Source: a virus
Taxonomy: Duplodnaviria > Caudoviricetes
IMG/VR virus record: IMGVR_UViG_3300032236_001513
Span: 1 to 63,107 of that record
Direction: 5' to 3' (one strand)
Length of the DNA stretch: 63,107 nt
Positions 54,669 through 63,107 of this stretch are shown one piece after another; within the stretch, counting starts at the first letter, position 1; each line of letters starts with the position of its first letter. The position numbers were made by a program, and so were the translations under genes. The notes beneath the pieces are model-generated. The model was not told the DNA's origin and searched no databases. It saw only the letters and a program-made list of their open reading frames with translations.

Positions 54669-57446
54669 TTATGCCGCGAAGATACCAGCGTTAGCCGGAA
54701 GTTTTCTAACAATGTAATAGCTGCCTGCTTGAGGGGTTACGGTGCCGGCGCCGGTTGTTACCCTTAGACGTATGTTTGTTGCTGCGGTAGTGACTACGTG
54801 AACTTTAAAGTGATAATGATGATATACTGCTGTAGACAATGAACCTGTTGCAGCGTGAGCTAGTGCAGTTGAAGTCTGCTGAATTGCCATAGCAGTGACC
54901 GGTGTAGTAGTTATTACTGTTGTCGTAAAGCCGCCAGTAGCCGTACCAACATAGTAACTTCTTGCCATTGCAACAGCAGACGAGAATGCCCAAGTCCAGG
55001 TTACAGTACCAGCTGTAGTTTTTAGAAAATATGCTACACATTCAATGTCGTAATATGAGCTTGCTTCTAAGTTCAATGATGAGTTAGTTGGGAAATAGTC
55101 AGCAATTGTTGCACCTATTGCAGAACCAGCCGCAGTATAACGATACATTTGGGTAGGCTGTGTAACACCGCGACCAGAAGTCGTGTTATCCGTGTTATAC
55201 ATCGCAGTACCGTCATATTCAAACGTACCTGCAGTGGCTGCTGATAAGTTAGTACCAGATGTCAACTTAATCGGGGCGTTTGTTGTAGTACCGGCAGTAG
55301 TCTGCACAAATCCCTGTAAAAACGTACTGCTTACTAAGTTTGCACCTGTTACGTTACCTGCAGTACCTGCGTTGAAAACAACGTTTGATGAGGTCACTGT
55401 CAATACGTTAGCAGTACCGCCAACGCTAAAGAAAATGTTACTGTTAGCTACTGCGTTGATGTTTGAGTTACCGCTAGCGATTGGGAATCCTGCCGACGCG
55501 GTAACACCAGTCAACTGTGACCCGTTACCGATAAAGAACGATGCAGATACGTTACTTGGAAAATTGATATTGTTATTAGAAGAATACAATGTAATTGGAG
55601 TACTAGCTACTCCGGTCGCATTTTGAGTGAAAATACGGAAGTTATTACTACTGTCAACGTCAAGATTCCAAGTACTATTAGCCTGGCCAGTAATACCAGT
55701 AATACCAACATAACCCAATACTAGCTGTCCACCTTCAGTTTGGTTTGACCCGATGACCATATTATTGTTTGCATAAACAATACTAGTTGCGCTTAAGTTA
55801 CCCACACTTGTGTTGTTAGTACCTGTGTTTAATGTACCGGCTACGTTTACACCAGTTCCGGTTACGACAAGTACGTTTGCAGTACCACCAACTGAAGTGT
55901 TGACGTTACCGCCTGAAGCCGGAATATTAACATTTGAGGTACCGTTTGATATTGATGCACCACCTGAAGCAGATATACCAGTTAGCTGTGATCCGTTACC
56001 GATAAAGAAGTTAGCAGAGAGGTTTCCGCTTGTATCTCGTTGTGCAATTGTGTTTGCTGTGTTGGCAGTTGCAGGGGTATTGCCTTGTAGTGCATTAGCA
56101 CTCAAGTTAGCGACAGTTGTAGTAGAGGTGACTACCAGTGGCGCAGTACCAGTTGCAATGTTTGAGATGAACTGCGGAGTTGTTATGTTAGCCGATGCAA
56201 GTACCTGAGCAGTACCTAAGTTACCTACGTTACTATTGCCAGTACCACCTTGAATATTGCCAGCAAATGTTGTAGCAGTGATAGCACCGTTGGCTGTATT
56301 AGCAATAAATGTAGCATTGGCGTTTAACGACACGTTAGTCGAAGTAGATGCGTTACTTAATGAAAGATAGAAGTTACCTGTGGTTTGCGCTGTTTGAACA
56401 TGATAGTTAGCAACGTTAGCATTACCAGCAGTTGCGACATTCAAGTTTGCTACCTGAGTGGTTGATGTTACTACAAGCGGAGCAGTACCGGTAGCAACTC
56501 CTGATGTAAATGTGTTTGCAGAAATGTTGTTTGCACCACTAATGTTTCCGCCTAATCCAGCTCCGGTAATTAGATTTCCTACAGTAGCATTACCTGTGGA
56601 ATTAAGCGTACCTGCTATGTTAACACCAGTTCCGGTTACGACAAGTACGTTTGCAGTACCACCAACTGACATGTTTATATTACCAGCCGAAGCAGGAATA
56701 TTAACATTTGAGGTACCGTTTGATATTGATGCACCACCTGAAGCAGATATACCAGTTAGCTGTGATCCGTTACCAATAAAAAAGTTAGCAGAGATATTGC
56801 CGTTTGCATCTCGCTGCACAATTGTATTTGCTGTTGCAGCGGTTGCAGGGGTATTGCCCTGAAGTGCGTTGGCACTCAAGTTAGCAACAGTCGTAGTAGA
56901 AGTAACCACCAGTGGTGCAGTACCAGTCGCAACGTTAGAGATGAACTGCGGAGTTGTTATGTTTGCAGAAACACCTAATGTACCGGTGATGTTTGCACCT
57001 GTACCAGTAACAACCATTGTTGTGTTGCCTACTGCTGTTAGGTTGATATTTCCGTTAGCAGCAGGAATACTGACATTTGAGTTACCATTAGTAATAGAAG
57101 TACCACCTGAAGCAGTGATACCGGTTAGCTGTGATCCATTACCAATAAAAAAGTTAGCAGAGATATTGCCGTTTGCATCTCGCTGCACAATTGTATTTGC
57201 TGTTGCAGCGGTTGCAGGGGTATTGCCTTGTAGTGCATTAGCACTCAAGTTAGTAACAGTCGTAGTAGAGGTGACTACCAGTGGTGCAGTACCAGTCGCA
57301 ATGTTTGAGATAAACTGGGGAGTGGTTACATTCCCCGAAGCAGTAACCACATTACCGGAAACATTGCCGTTGGCATCGATGATGCTTGTGATAGTAGCAT
57401 CTCCGATCGTATATCCGGTTACTGAATTAAATTGCCTGATTGTCAT
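54669..57446 (-). CDS. Repetitive tail-fibre/virion-surface protein
   Basis: 925 aa, rich in N/T/G/A; three copies of an approximately 80-90 aa module; late promoter 57465-57471. Confidence 0.7.
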   Translation of the reverse strand: MTIRQFNSVTGYTIGDATITSIIDANGNVSGNVVTASGNVTTPQFISNIATGTAPLVVTSTTTVTNLSANALQGNTPATAATANTIVQRDANGNISANFFIGNGSQLTGITASGGTSITNGNSNVSIPAANGNINLTAVGNTTMVVTGTGANITGTLGVSANITTPQFISNVATGTAPLVVTSTTTVANLSANALQGNTPATAATANTIVQRDANGNISANFFIGNGSQLTGISASGGASISNGTSNVNIPASAGNINMSVGGTANVLVVTGTGVNIAGTLNSTGNATVGNLITGAGLGGNISGANNISANTFTSGVATGTAPLVVTSTTQVANLNVATAGNANVANYHVQTAQTTGNFYLSLSNASTSTNVSLNANATFIANTANGAITATTFAGNIQGGTGNSNVGNLGTAQVLASANITTPQFISNIATGTAPLVVTSTTTVANLSANALQGNTPATANTANTIAQRDTSGNLSANFFIGNGSQLTGISASGGASISNGTSNVNIPASGGNVNTSVGGTANVLVVTGTGVNVAGTLNTGTNNTSVGNLSATSIVYANNNMVIGSNQTEGGQLVLGYVGITGITGQANSTWNLDVDSSNNFRIFTQNATGVASTPITLYSSNNNINFPSNVSASFFIGNGSQLTGVTASAGFPIASGNSNINAVANSNIFFSVGGTANVLTVTSSNVVFNAGTAGNVTGANLVSSTFLQGFVQTTAGTTTNAPIKLTSGTNLSAATAGTFEYDGTAMYNTDNTTSGRGVTQPTQMYRYTAAGSAIGATIADYFPTNSSLNLEASSYYDIECVAYFLKTTAGTVTWTWAFSSAVAMARSYYVGTATGGFTTTVITTTPVTAMAIQQTSTALAHAATGSLSTAVYHHYHFKVHVVTTAATNIRLRVTTGAGTVTPQAGSYYIVRKLPANAGIFAA
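55915..57330. repeat. Three near-identical internal module repeats
   Basis: TTPQFISN...ANFFIGNGSQLTGI at about 57100-57330, 56690-56960 and 55915-56190. Confidence 0.8.
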
Positions 57447-57481
57447 AGTTTACCTTATTTCAACTATTTATGCAGCAATTA

Positions 57482-60400
57482 TTATAGCAATCTATATTGT
57501 GTTGTCCAAACGGTTGAGTTACTGCTTGATGGAGTTACTTGTAATCTGATTGCACCTGTAGCTACTGAAACCGCAAACGTACCTGTTGCTCCACCTAATA
57601 CTACTCCACCATACGTAGTATAATCTACGTTAGTACCATCGGTTACAGCATGTACCATTGTCACGCTATATTTTGATCCAGCAGAGTCAACACCCTTTAC
57701 TAGATATTCTATGCCAACAACTCCAATAACAGGGAATGATGCAATTGTTTGGTTCGCTGTCACAGAAGTGGTCGTTGTTGAACCCCAGGTAATTGTAGTG
57801 GTTACTGCTGCATTGCCTAAAATAATATTACCTGAAACGTTAGCAGTAGTTAAGTTTCCGTTAGTAGCACTCAAATTGCCTACGCTAGCATTACCTGTTG
57901 TAGTGAATACTCCTGAGCCTAGGTTTGCATAACCAGCAATATTAACACCTGTGCTTGTTACCACAACAACGTTAGATGTGCCGTTTATTGAAACAGCAAT
58001 GTTTCCGTTTGTAGCAGGTATACTAATGTTTGAATTACCGTTAGCAAAGGTGCCGATTAAGTTACCGCCCGTTATGTTACCAGATGCAGTAAGATAACCA
58101 GTGACGTTTGTGCCTGTACCAGTAACAACCATTGTTGTGTTACCTACTGCTGTTAGGTTGATATTTCCGTTAGCAGCAGGAATATTGACGGTTGAATTAC
58201 CATTTGCAAAAGTACCAGTAATATTACCACCAGTAATATTACCACCGAAATAACTATTACCTGCTGCAACAAACAATGCATAGGTGTTAGTTGCAGTTAC
58301 GTTTGTACTTGCAGTAGGTGCACTCTGAATGAAGAAGGTTGATAAATTCGTTGTTGTGATCGCATTACTTGCAATGAGTGTTGGGGTACCAATCGCATGA
58401 ATTGCTGCGTTGGCAACAGTACCGGCTGCAGCAACGTTATCTGTATAAGTAGCGGCAATTGCACGAATACCTAGATTACCAGTAACCGTTGAAACGTTAG
58501 CATTACCTGATGCATTGCCTGATGCAGTAATATTGTTTGCAATAACAACACCACTCGTACCATTTGCAATCACGTTACCTATATGAGTACCGAAGATATT
58601 TCCACCAGTGATGTTACCTGAACCAGTGATTACCCCTGAACCAAAGCCCAAATTACCTACGTTCGCGTTACCAGTAGTAGTGATTGTGTTACTTCCAGCT
58701 GCGATAATACCGATGATATTTCCACCTGTAATGTTGCCAGCAGCAGTGATCGTTCCATTTCCAAATGTAGTATTCGCAGTAGCGTTACCTACAGTCAAGT
58801 TAGCGAGTGTACCAACTGAAGTCAAACTTGAAGTCACGATTGATGCATTGAGGGTTGTACCAGTCAAGTTAGCAGCATTTGCTGCGATTACAACGTTAGA
58901 TGCTGCTGTCAATTGTCCCTGTTGGTTGACAGTAAACTGTGCAACTCTATCACCATTACCGTATGTACCGATAGTTACCCCGGTGGTACTAATACTGAAT
59001 GTAGTGCCTGTTAGAGTTAGTCCAGTGCCGGCACTATAAACTTGACTAGTGCTGAATAAAGAAAATGTAATACTACTAGTACCAAATGTAATCGTGCCAG
59101 TAGGAGCACTCACGATATAGGCTGTACCTTTATTCACAGTACCATTTTGCACAAAGAAATAATCATTAAGGCTTAATTGTTCTATACTATTTGGACCATA
59201 TTCGTCCGCATCAGTAGTTCTTGTGATAGCAGTTGCGTTTGTATATTGATAAACCCCGTTAAATACTGCGTTTGCTTCGTCTTTAATAAGAATACGAGTT
59301 CCGCCAACGTTAATAGCATAACCGTCAATGTTTGTAAATGTACCAGTTGTGCTGATATAAGCACCAATACCATTTGCCGCACCGTTCGGTTGGGTATAAG
59401 ATATTGTACCACCTGTTGCTACTGCTAGTGTAGTTGTAGTTGCGGCTGCTACTGGTTGGTGATAATTAATACCGGTTGAAACAAGAGTATCAACATAACC
59501 TTTTGTTGCTGCATCTTGTGCACTAGACGGATCTTTTACGTTTGTAATATATGTTTGAGTTGATAAATTGATATTACCGCTAGTAGTCAATGTGATATTA
59601 TTACCGCTGCCGGTTGCACTCAGTGTTAATACACCTGGACTTATGACGTTAGGAGAATTAAGATTTGTGATTATATTGACATTTGTAATATTAGCAGTTG
59701 CAATATTAGCAGTACCTGGAATATTTGCACCAGTACTAGTTACAACCAACTGAGCAGTAGCGTTACCACCGTAGTATACAGAAACGTTAGCATTTGAAGT
59801 AATACTAATATTTGAGTTACCGTTTGCAACGGTGCCGATTATATTGCCACCTGTTATATTACCGGTTGCAGTAATTGCTCCGCCCGTACCTAAGTTACCT
59901 ACGTTAGCATTACCGGTTATGTTTGCAGTACCGGTGATATTTGCACCAGTAGTAGTAACAACAAACACGTTAGCCGTACCACCAACCGAAGTGCTGACAT
60001 TTCCGTTTGAAGTGATACTGATGTTTGAGTTACCGTTTGCAAGAGAACCAATTAAATTACCGGCAGTAACATTTCCTGCAAAATAAGAGTTACCTGCTGC
60101 AACAAACAATGCATAGGTGTTAGTTGCAGTTACGTTTGTACTTGCAGTAGGTGCACTCTGAATGAAGAAGGTTGATAAATTCGTTGTTGTGATCGCATTA
60201 CTTGCAGTAAGGGTTGGAGTACCAATCGCATGAATTGCTGCGTTGGCAACAGTACCGGCTGCAGCAACGTTATCTGTATACGTTGTTGCGAGTGCACGAA
60301 TACCTAAGTTACCACTGACAGTAGAGACGTTAGCATTACCTGATGCTGCACCTGATGCAGTGATATTGTTTGCAATAACAACACCACTCGTACCATTTGC

Positions 60401-61627
60401 AATCACGTTACCTACATGAGTACCAACAAAACCAGTTGCAGTAATATATCCATTTGCTAAGTTAGCAGAGAAGTTCGCATTTGACTGAAGCGGGTAGTTA
60501 GATGTTGCAGTAGCTGAGATGAATGGGATATATCCAGTACCAGTAGTTGTTAAGGTAGTTGATACGTTAGTTGCGTTTGACGCAGTTGTTGCAGTACCGC
60601 TCAATGAACCTACAAAAGTTGTTGCAGTAATAGAATTGTTTGATAAGTTAGCATTTATACCAGATACTGTAGCAGCACTATAATATCCATTTGCAGCCGA
60701 AGTTACGAATGTAGGATATACTGTAGTAGCAGTTGACGTATTGGTTAAGAATGAGTTGGCTGCGGTTGCGTTTGCTACCGCACCTGTTACGTTACCACCT
60801 TGAATGTTACTTAAGTTGTTACCTGAGCCAATAAAATAACTTGCAGTCACGTTGCTGGTGTTGATACCAGCTGTAGTAACAACAACAACGTTAGATGTAC
60901 CACCGACTGAGATTGTAACGTTGCCGCCCGATGTAGGAATGTTAACGTTTGAGCTACCATTTGAGATACTACCGGCTGTACCGATACCAGTAAGCTGTGA
61001 TCCGTTACCGATGAAGTAGTTTGCAGAAACGTTGGCGTTGGCATCACGCACTACGACAGTATTGGCTACTGCGCTAACAGATGTGTTGTATCCATCTAGT
61101 AAGTCGGCATTTAAGTTTGTTACTACTGTTGTAGATGAGACTACGAGAGGAGCGGTACCAGTAACCACAGATGATACTAACTGTCCTGCAGTAGTAATAT
61201 TTCCACCTGATACGTTGCCGGTCGCAGTAATTAATCCACCTGTACCTAGGTTACCTACGTTAGCATTACCGGTTATGTTTGCATAACCGGTAATATTTGC
61301 TCCAGTGCTAGTAAATACTACAACGTTTGCAGTGCCGTTAACGCCAAATAATATGTTACCGTTATTTGTAACTGTGACGTTTGAGCTTCCGTTTGATAGT
61401 GCACCAGTAGAAATAGTGGTGAAGGTCAGATTTCCGGCACCATCGGTAGTAATTGCCTGACCAGCGATACCACCTGTAATTTTGACATTGCCGATAGCAT
61501 TTAGATTAGCTGTACCCGTTGTTGTTATATTATTTGTCGTGATATCACCGTTGGCTACGATGACTGTTGTATAAGGGTAATCCCCTGTTGAATATCCACC
61601 GACTGAGTTAAACGTTTTAAGTGCCAT
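57482..61627 (-). CDS. Repetitive tail-fibre/virion-surface protein
   Basis: 1381 aa; DAATKGYVD fibre motif; internal duplication; late promoter 61648-61654. Confidence 0.7.
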   Translation of the reverse strand: MALKTFNSVGGYSTGDYPYTTVIVANGDITTNNITTTGTANLNAIGNVKITGGIAGQAITTDGAGNLTFTTISTGALSNGSSNVTVTNNGNILFGVNGTANVVVFTSTGANITGYANITGNANVGNLGTGGLITATGNVSGGNITTAGQLVSSVVTGTAPLVVSSTTVVTNLNADLLDGYNTSVSAVANTVVVRDANANVSANYFIGNGSQLTGIGTAGSISNGSSNVNIPTSGGNVTISVGGTSNVVVVTTAGINTSNVTASYFIGSGNNLSNIQGGNVTGAVANATAANSFLTNTSTATTVYPTFVTSAANGYYSAATVSGINANLSNNSITATTFVGSLSGTATTASNATNVSTTLTTTGTGYIPFISATATSNYPLQSNANFSANLANGYITATGFVGTHVGNVIANGTSGVVIANNITASGAASGNANVSTVSGNLGIRALATTYTDNVAAAGTVANAAIHAIGTPTLTASNAITTTNLSTFFIQSAPTASTNVTATNTYALFVAAGNSYFAGNVTAGNLIGSLANGNSNISITSNGNVSTSVGGTANVFVVTTTGANITGTANITGNANVGNLGTGGAITATGNITGGNIIGTVANGNSNISITSNANVSVYYGGNATAQLVVTSTGANIPGTANIATANITNVNIITNLNSPNVISPGVLTLSATGSGNNITLTTSGNINLSTQTYITNVKDPSSAQDAATKGYVDTLVSTGINYHQPVAAATTTTLAVATGGTISYTQPNGAANGIGAYISTTGTFTNIDGYAINVGGTRILIKDEANAVFNGVYQYTNATAITRTTDADEYGPNSIEQLSLNDYFFVQNGTVNKGTAYIVSAPTGTITFGTSSITFSLFSTSQVYSAGTGLTLTGTTFSISTTGVTIGTYGNGDRVAQFTVNQQGQLTAASNVVIAANAANLTGTTLNASIVTSSLTSVGTLANLTVGNATANTTFGNGTITAAGNITGGNIIGIIAAGSNTITTTGNANVGNLGFGSGVITGSGNITGGNIFGTHIGNVIANGTSGVVIANNITASGNASGNANVSTVTGNLGIRAIAATYTDNVAAAGTVANAAIHAIGTPTLIASNAITTTNLSTFFIQSAPTASTNVTATNTYALFVAAGNSYFGGNITGGNITGTFANGNSTVNIPAANGNINLTAVGNTTMVVTGTGTNVTGYLTASGNITGGNLIGTFANGNSNISIPATNGNIAVSINGTSNVVVVTSTGVNIAGYANLGSGVFTTTGNASVGNLSATNGNLTTANVSGNIILGNAAVTTTITWGSTTTTSVTANQTIASFPVIGVVGIEYLVKGVDSAGSKYSVTMVHAVTDGTNVDYTTYGGVVLGGATGTFAVSVATGAIRLQVTPSSSNSTVWTTQYRLL
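58255..60425. repeat. Near-identical direct repeat pair of about 335 nt
   Basis: GTHxGNVIANG...YALFVAAGNSYF at about 58255-58590 and 60090-60425. Confidence 0.8.
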
Positions 61628-61662
61628 TTTGTCTTCCTACTTTACTATATTTATCTTTTGGG

Positions 61663-63107
61663 TTACGGAGCAAGCACCGTGATCAACATTTTATAGACTG
61701 TGCTATTTGTCGTATCAGGAGTCACTGTCAAGTCGAGCGAAGGGTTAACTAAAATATTGCCCGGATTATACTCAACTCCAAATGTCCCAACACCACCATT
61801 GATATACAGTCCTGCATATTCATTATAGGTCACGATTCCTGCATAGTATAGAGAAGAAATCTTGAGTGACTGCCGCTGTAGTCCAATAGAATCAGTACCG
61901 ATAATTTCAAAATCTACCCCAGAACACTGTGTTACTGGAATTGAATATAATACCTGTTTAGCAGTTGATGCTGTGGTCGCAAAATAAACAGAAGATGTTC
62001 CAAATTTATATGTTCCGGATCCCAACTGCATAGAATTTGCAATCAGTTGTCCCCCGATCTGTACAGTATCTGTATTAGAATCGAAAGTGAAATAAGCACT
62101 GCCGGCAAATGTTCCGTTACTATTGTATTGGATTTGCGTGTTACCGCCACCAGGGCTTCCGCCACCGCCACCGCCACCAGGAGCCCATGTTAGGTTTCCT
62201 AAACCATCAGTCTGTAAGAAATATCCATTCAAGCCGCCAGCAATATGAATATTACCTATGCTTCCTAACGTGATATTTCCTGAGGTAGAAAGATTAGTAT
62301 TTCCAGAAACAGTAATTCCATTACCAATAGTAGCTAATCCAGTAGTCTGTATTGTCCCTACATTAGCAGGACCTGATGTTTGGAATGCGGCTGCACTTAT
62401 AAATTGTCCACTTAATATATTACCTGATACAGTCAATGAGGTAAGGGTACCCACTGAAGTTATGTTTGACTGCACCGGTTGAACAACATAATTAGCAGAG
62501 TTCGGAACTATACCAGTAAGATATGCACCGTTACCGTTAAAGTAAGTTGCATTGACATTTCCTGAAACGTTTGCATTACCGTAGATAGAGTTATTATTCG
62601 ATGTTATATTTTTTACAGTGACATTACCATTGACTGCTAGGGCATTGGAATATTTGTTAAATGTCATTCCATCGGAACCGCCGAACACTCCATTATCATT
62701 GAACTGCACAGCAGAGTTCGTTCCTCCCGGAGAGCCACCGCCACCGCCTCCGCCAGCTTGCCAAGTAAGATTTCCTGCACCATCTGTTGTTAATACGTAT
62801 CCGTTTATTCCACCTGTTATTTTAACGTTTGATACTGAGCCTAAACTAGCGGTTCCTGAAACAGTCAGTGAAGTCAATGTACCGACACTCGTTATATTTG
62901 ACTGTGTTGGTTTTATAACGTAGTTTGCTGTATCATTCGTGATGCCAGTCAAGTATGAACCGTTACCGATGAAATAGTTTGCATTGACATTACCGGTACT
63001 AACGTTATTAGGAACAAGAAGATTACCTGTCAATTTGTTGAAAGTAAATCCGGAAACACCGCCAAAATTGCCTGAATCATTGAATTGTACTTGTGTGTTA
63101 GCGCCGC
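61663..63107 (-). CDS. Repetitive tail-fibre/virion-surface protein (5'-partial)
   Basis: Frame is open to the window end (GANTQVQFNDSG...); repeated QSNITSVGTL and GGGGSPGG-QFN units; C-terminal domain resembles that of the neighbouring gene. Confidence 0.7.
   Translation of the reverse strand, partial: GANTQVQFNDSGNFGGVSGFTFNKLTGNLLVPNNVSTGNVNANYFIGNGSYLTGITNDTANYVIKPTQSNITSVGTLTSLTVSGTASLGSVSNVKITGGINGYVLTTDGAGNLTWQAGGGGGGGSPGGTNSAVQFNDNGVFGGSDGMTFNKYSNALAVNGNVTVKNITSNNNSIYGNANVSGNVNATYFNGNGAYLTGIVPNSANYVVQPVQSNITSVGTLTSLTVSGNILSGQFISAAAFQTSGPANVGTIQTTGLATIGNGITVSGNTNLSTSGNITLGSIGNIHIAGGLNGYFLQTDGLGNLTWAPGGGGGGGSPGGGNTQIQYNSNGTFAGSAYFTFDSNTDTVQIGGQLIANSMQLGSGTYKFGTSSVYFATTASTAKQVLYSIPVTQCSGVDFEIIGTDSIGLQRQSLKISSLYYAGIVTYNEYAGLYINGGVGTFGVEYNPGNILVNPSLDLTVTPDTTNSTVYKMLITVLAP

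Noticed and set aside
1-63107. Genome-wide TAG-to-Gln recoding (genetic code 15)
   Set aside because: Long genes are intact in code 11, and nrdA, csgF and others end at TAG at their expected C-termini; only one internal amber was found.
54669-63107. CRISPR array or diversity-generating retroelement in the repeats
   Set aside because: Repeats are in-frame coding modules without spacers; no reverse transcriptase or adenine-specific variation was seen.

Overview
63 kb fragment of a large AT-rich lytic myovirus (T4-like/jumbo-type, probably infecting a Gram-negative proteobacterium). Almost all genes are on the minus strand. From left to right it holds: a partial DNA ligase; RNase H; a 7-deazaguanine DNA-modification island (QueE, QueD, FolE, a second T-fold protein resembling DpdL, a DpdA/TGT transglycosylase, GMP reductase, a purine PRTase, an MBD4-like glycosylase and three glycosyltransferases, but no QueC in the window); sliding clamp and family B DNA polymerase; a curli-like/trans-envelope signalling operon (holin-like pair, CsgF, CsgG, two curlin-like proteins, FecR protein, CHASE2 adenylate cyclase, beta-barrel OMP); a protease/oxygenase/PP-loop cluster; peroxiredoxin; PAAR and a large virion protein; nrdAB with an HNH endonuclease; and long repetitive tail-fibre-like genes. 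The main hidden signal, missed by the ORF track, is an amber-suppressor tRNA (anticodon CUA, 44057-44131, minus). About 640 nt downstream is a late gene whose Shine-Dalgarno-linked ATG is followed by an in-frame TAG at codon 3, while TAG remains the apparent stop of nrdA and other genes. This suggests suppressor-gated expression rather than full recoding. Also visible are early sigma70-type promoters, a recurrent NATAAATA late promoter, a family of proteins with T4-like capsid-targeting N-termini (including a TOPRIM-nucleotidyltransferase fusion), and several structured RNA leaders. All functional calls rest on motif recognition; no database searches were run.
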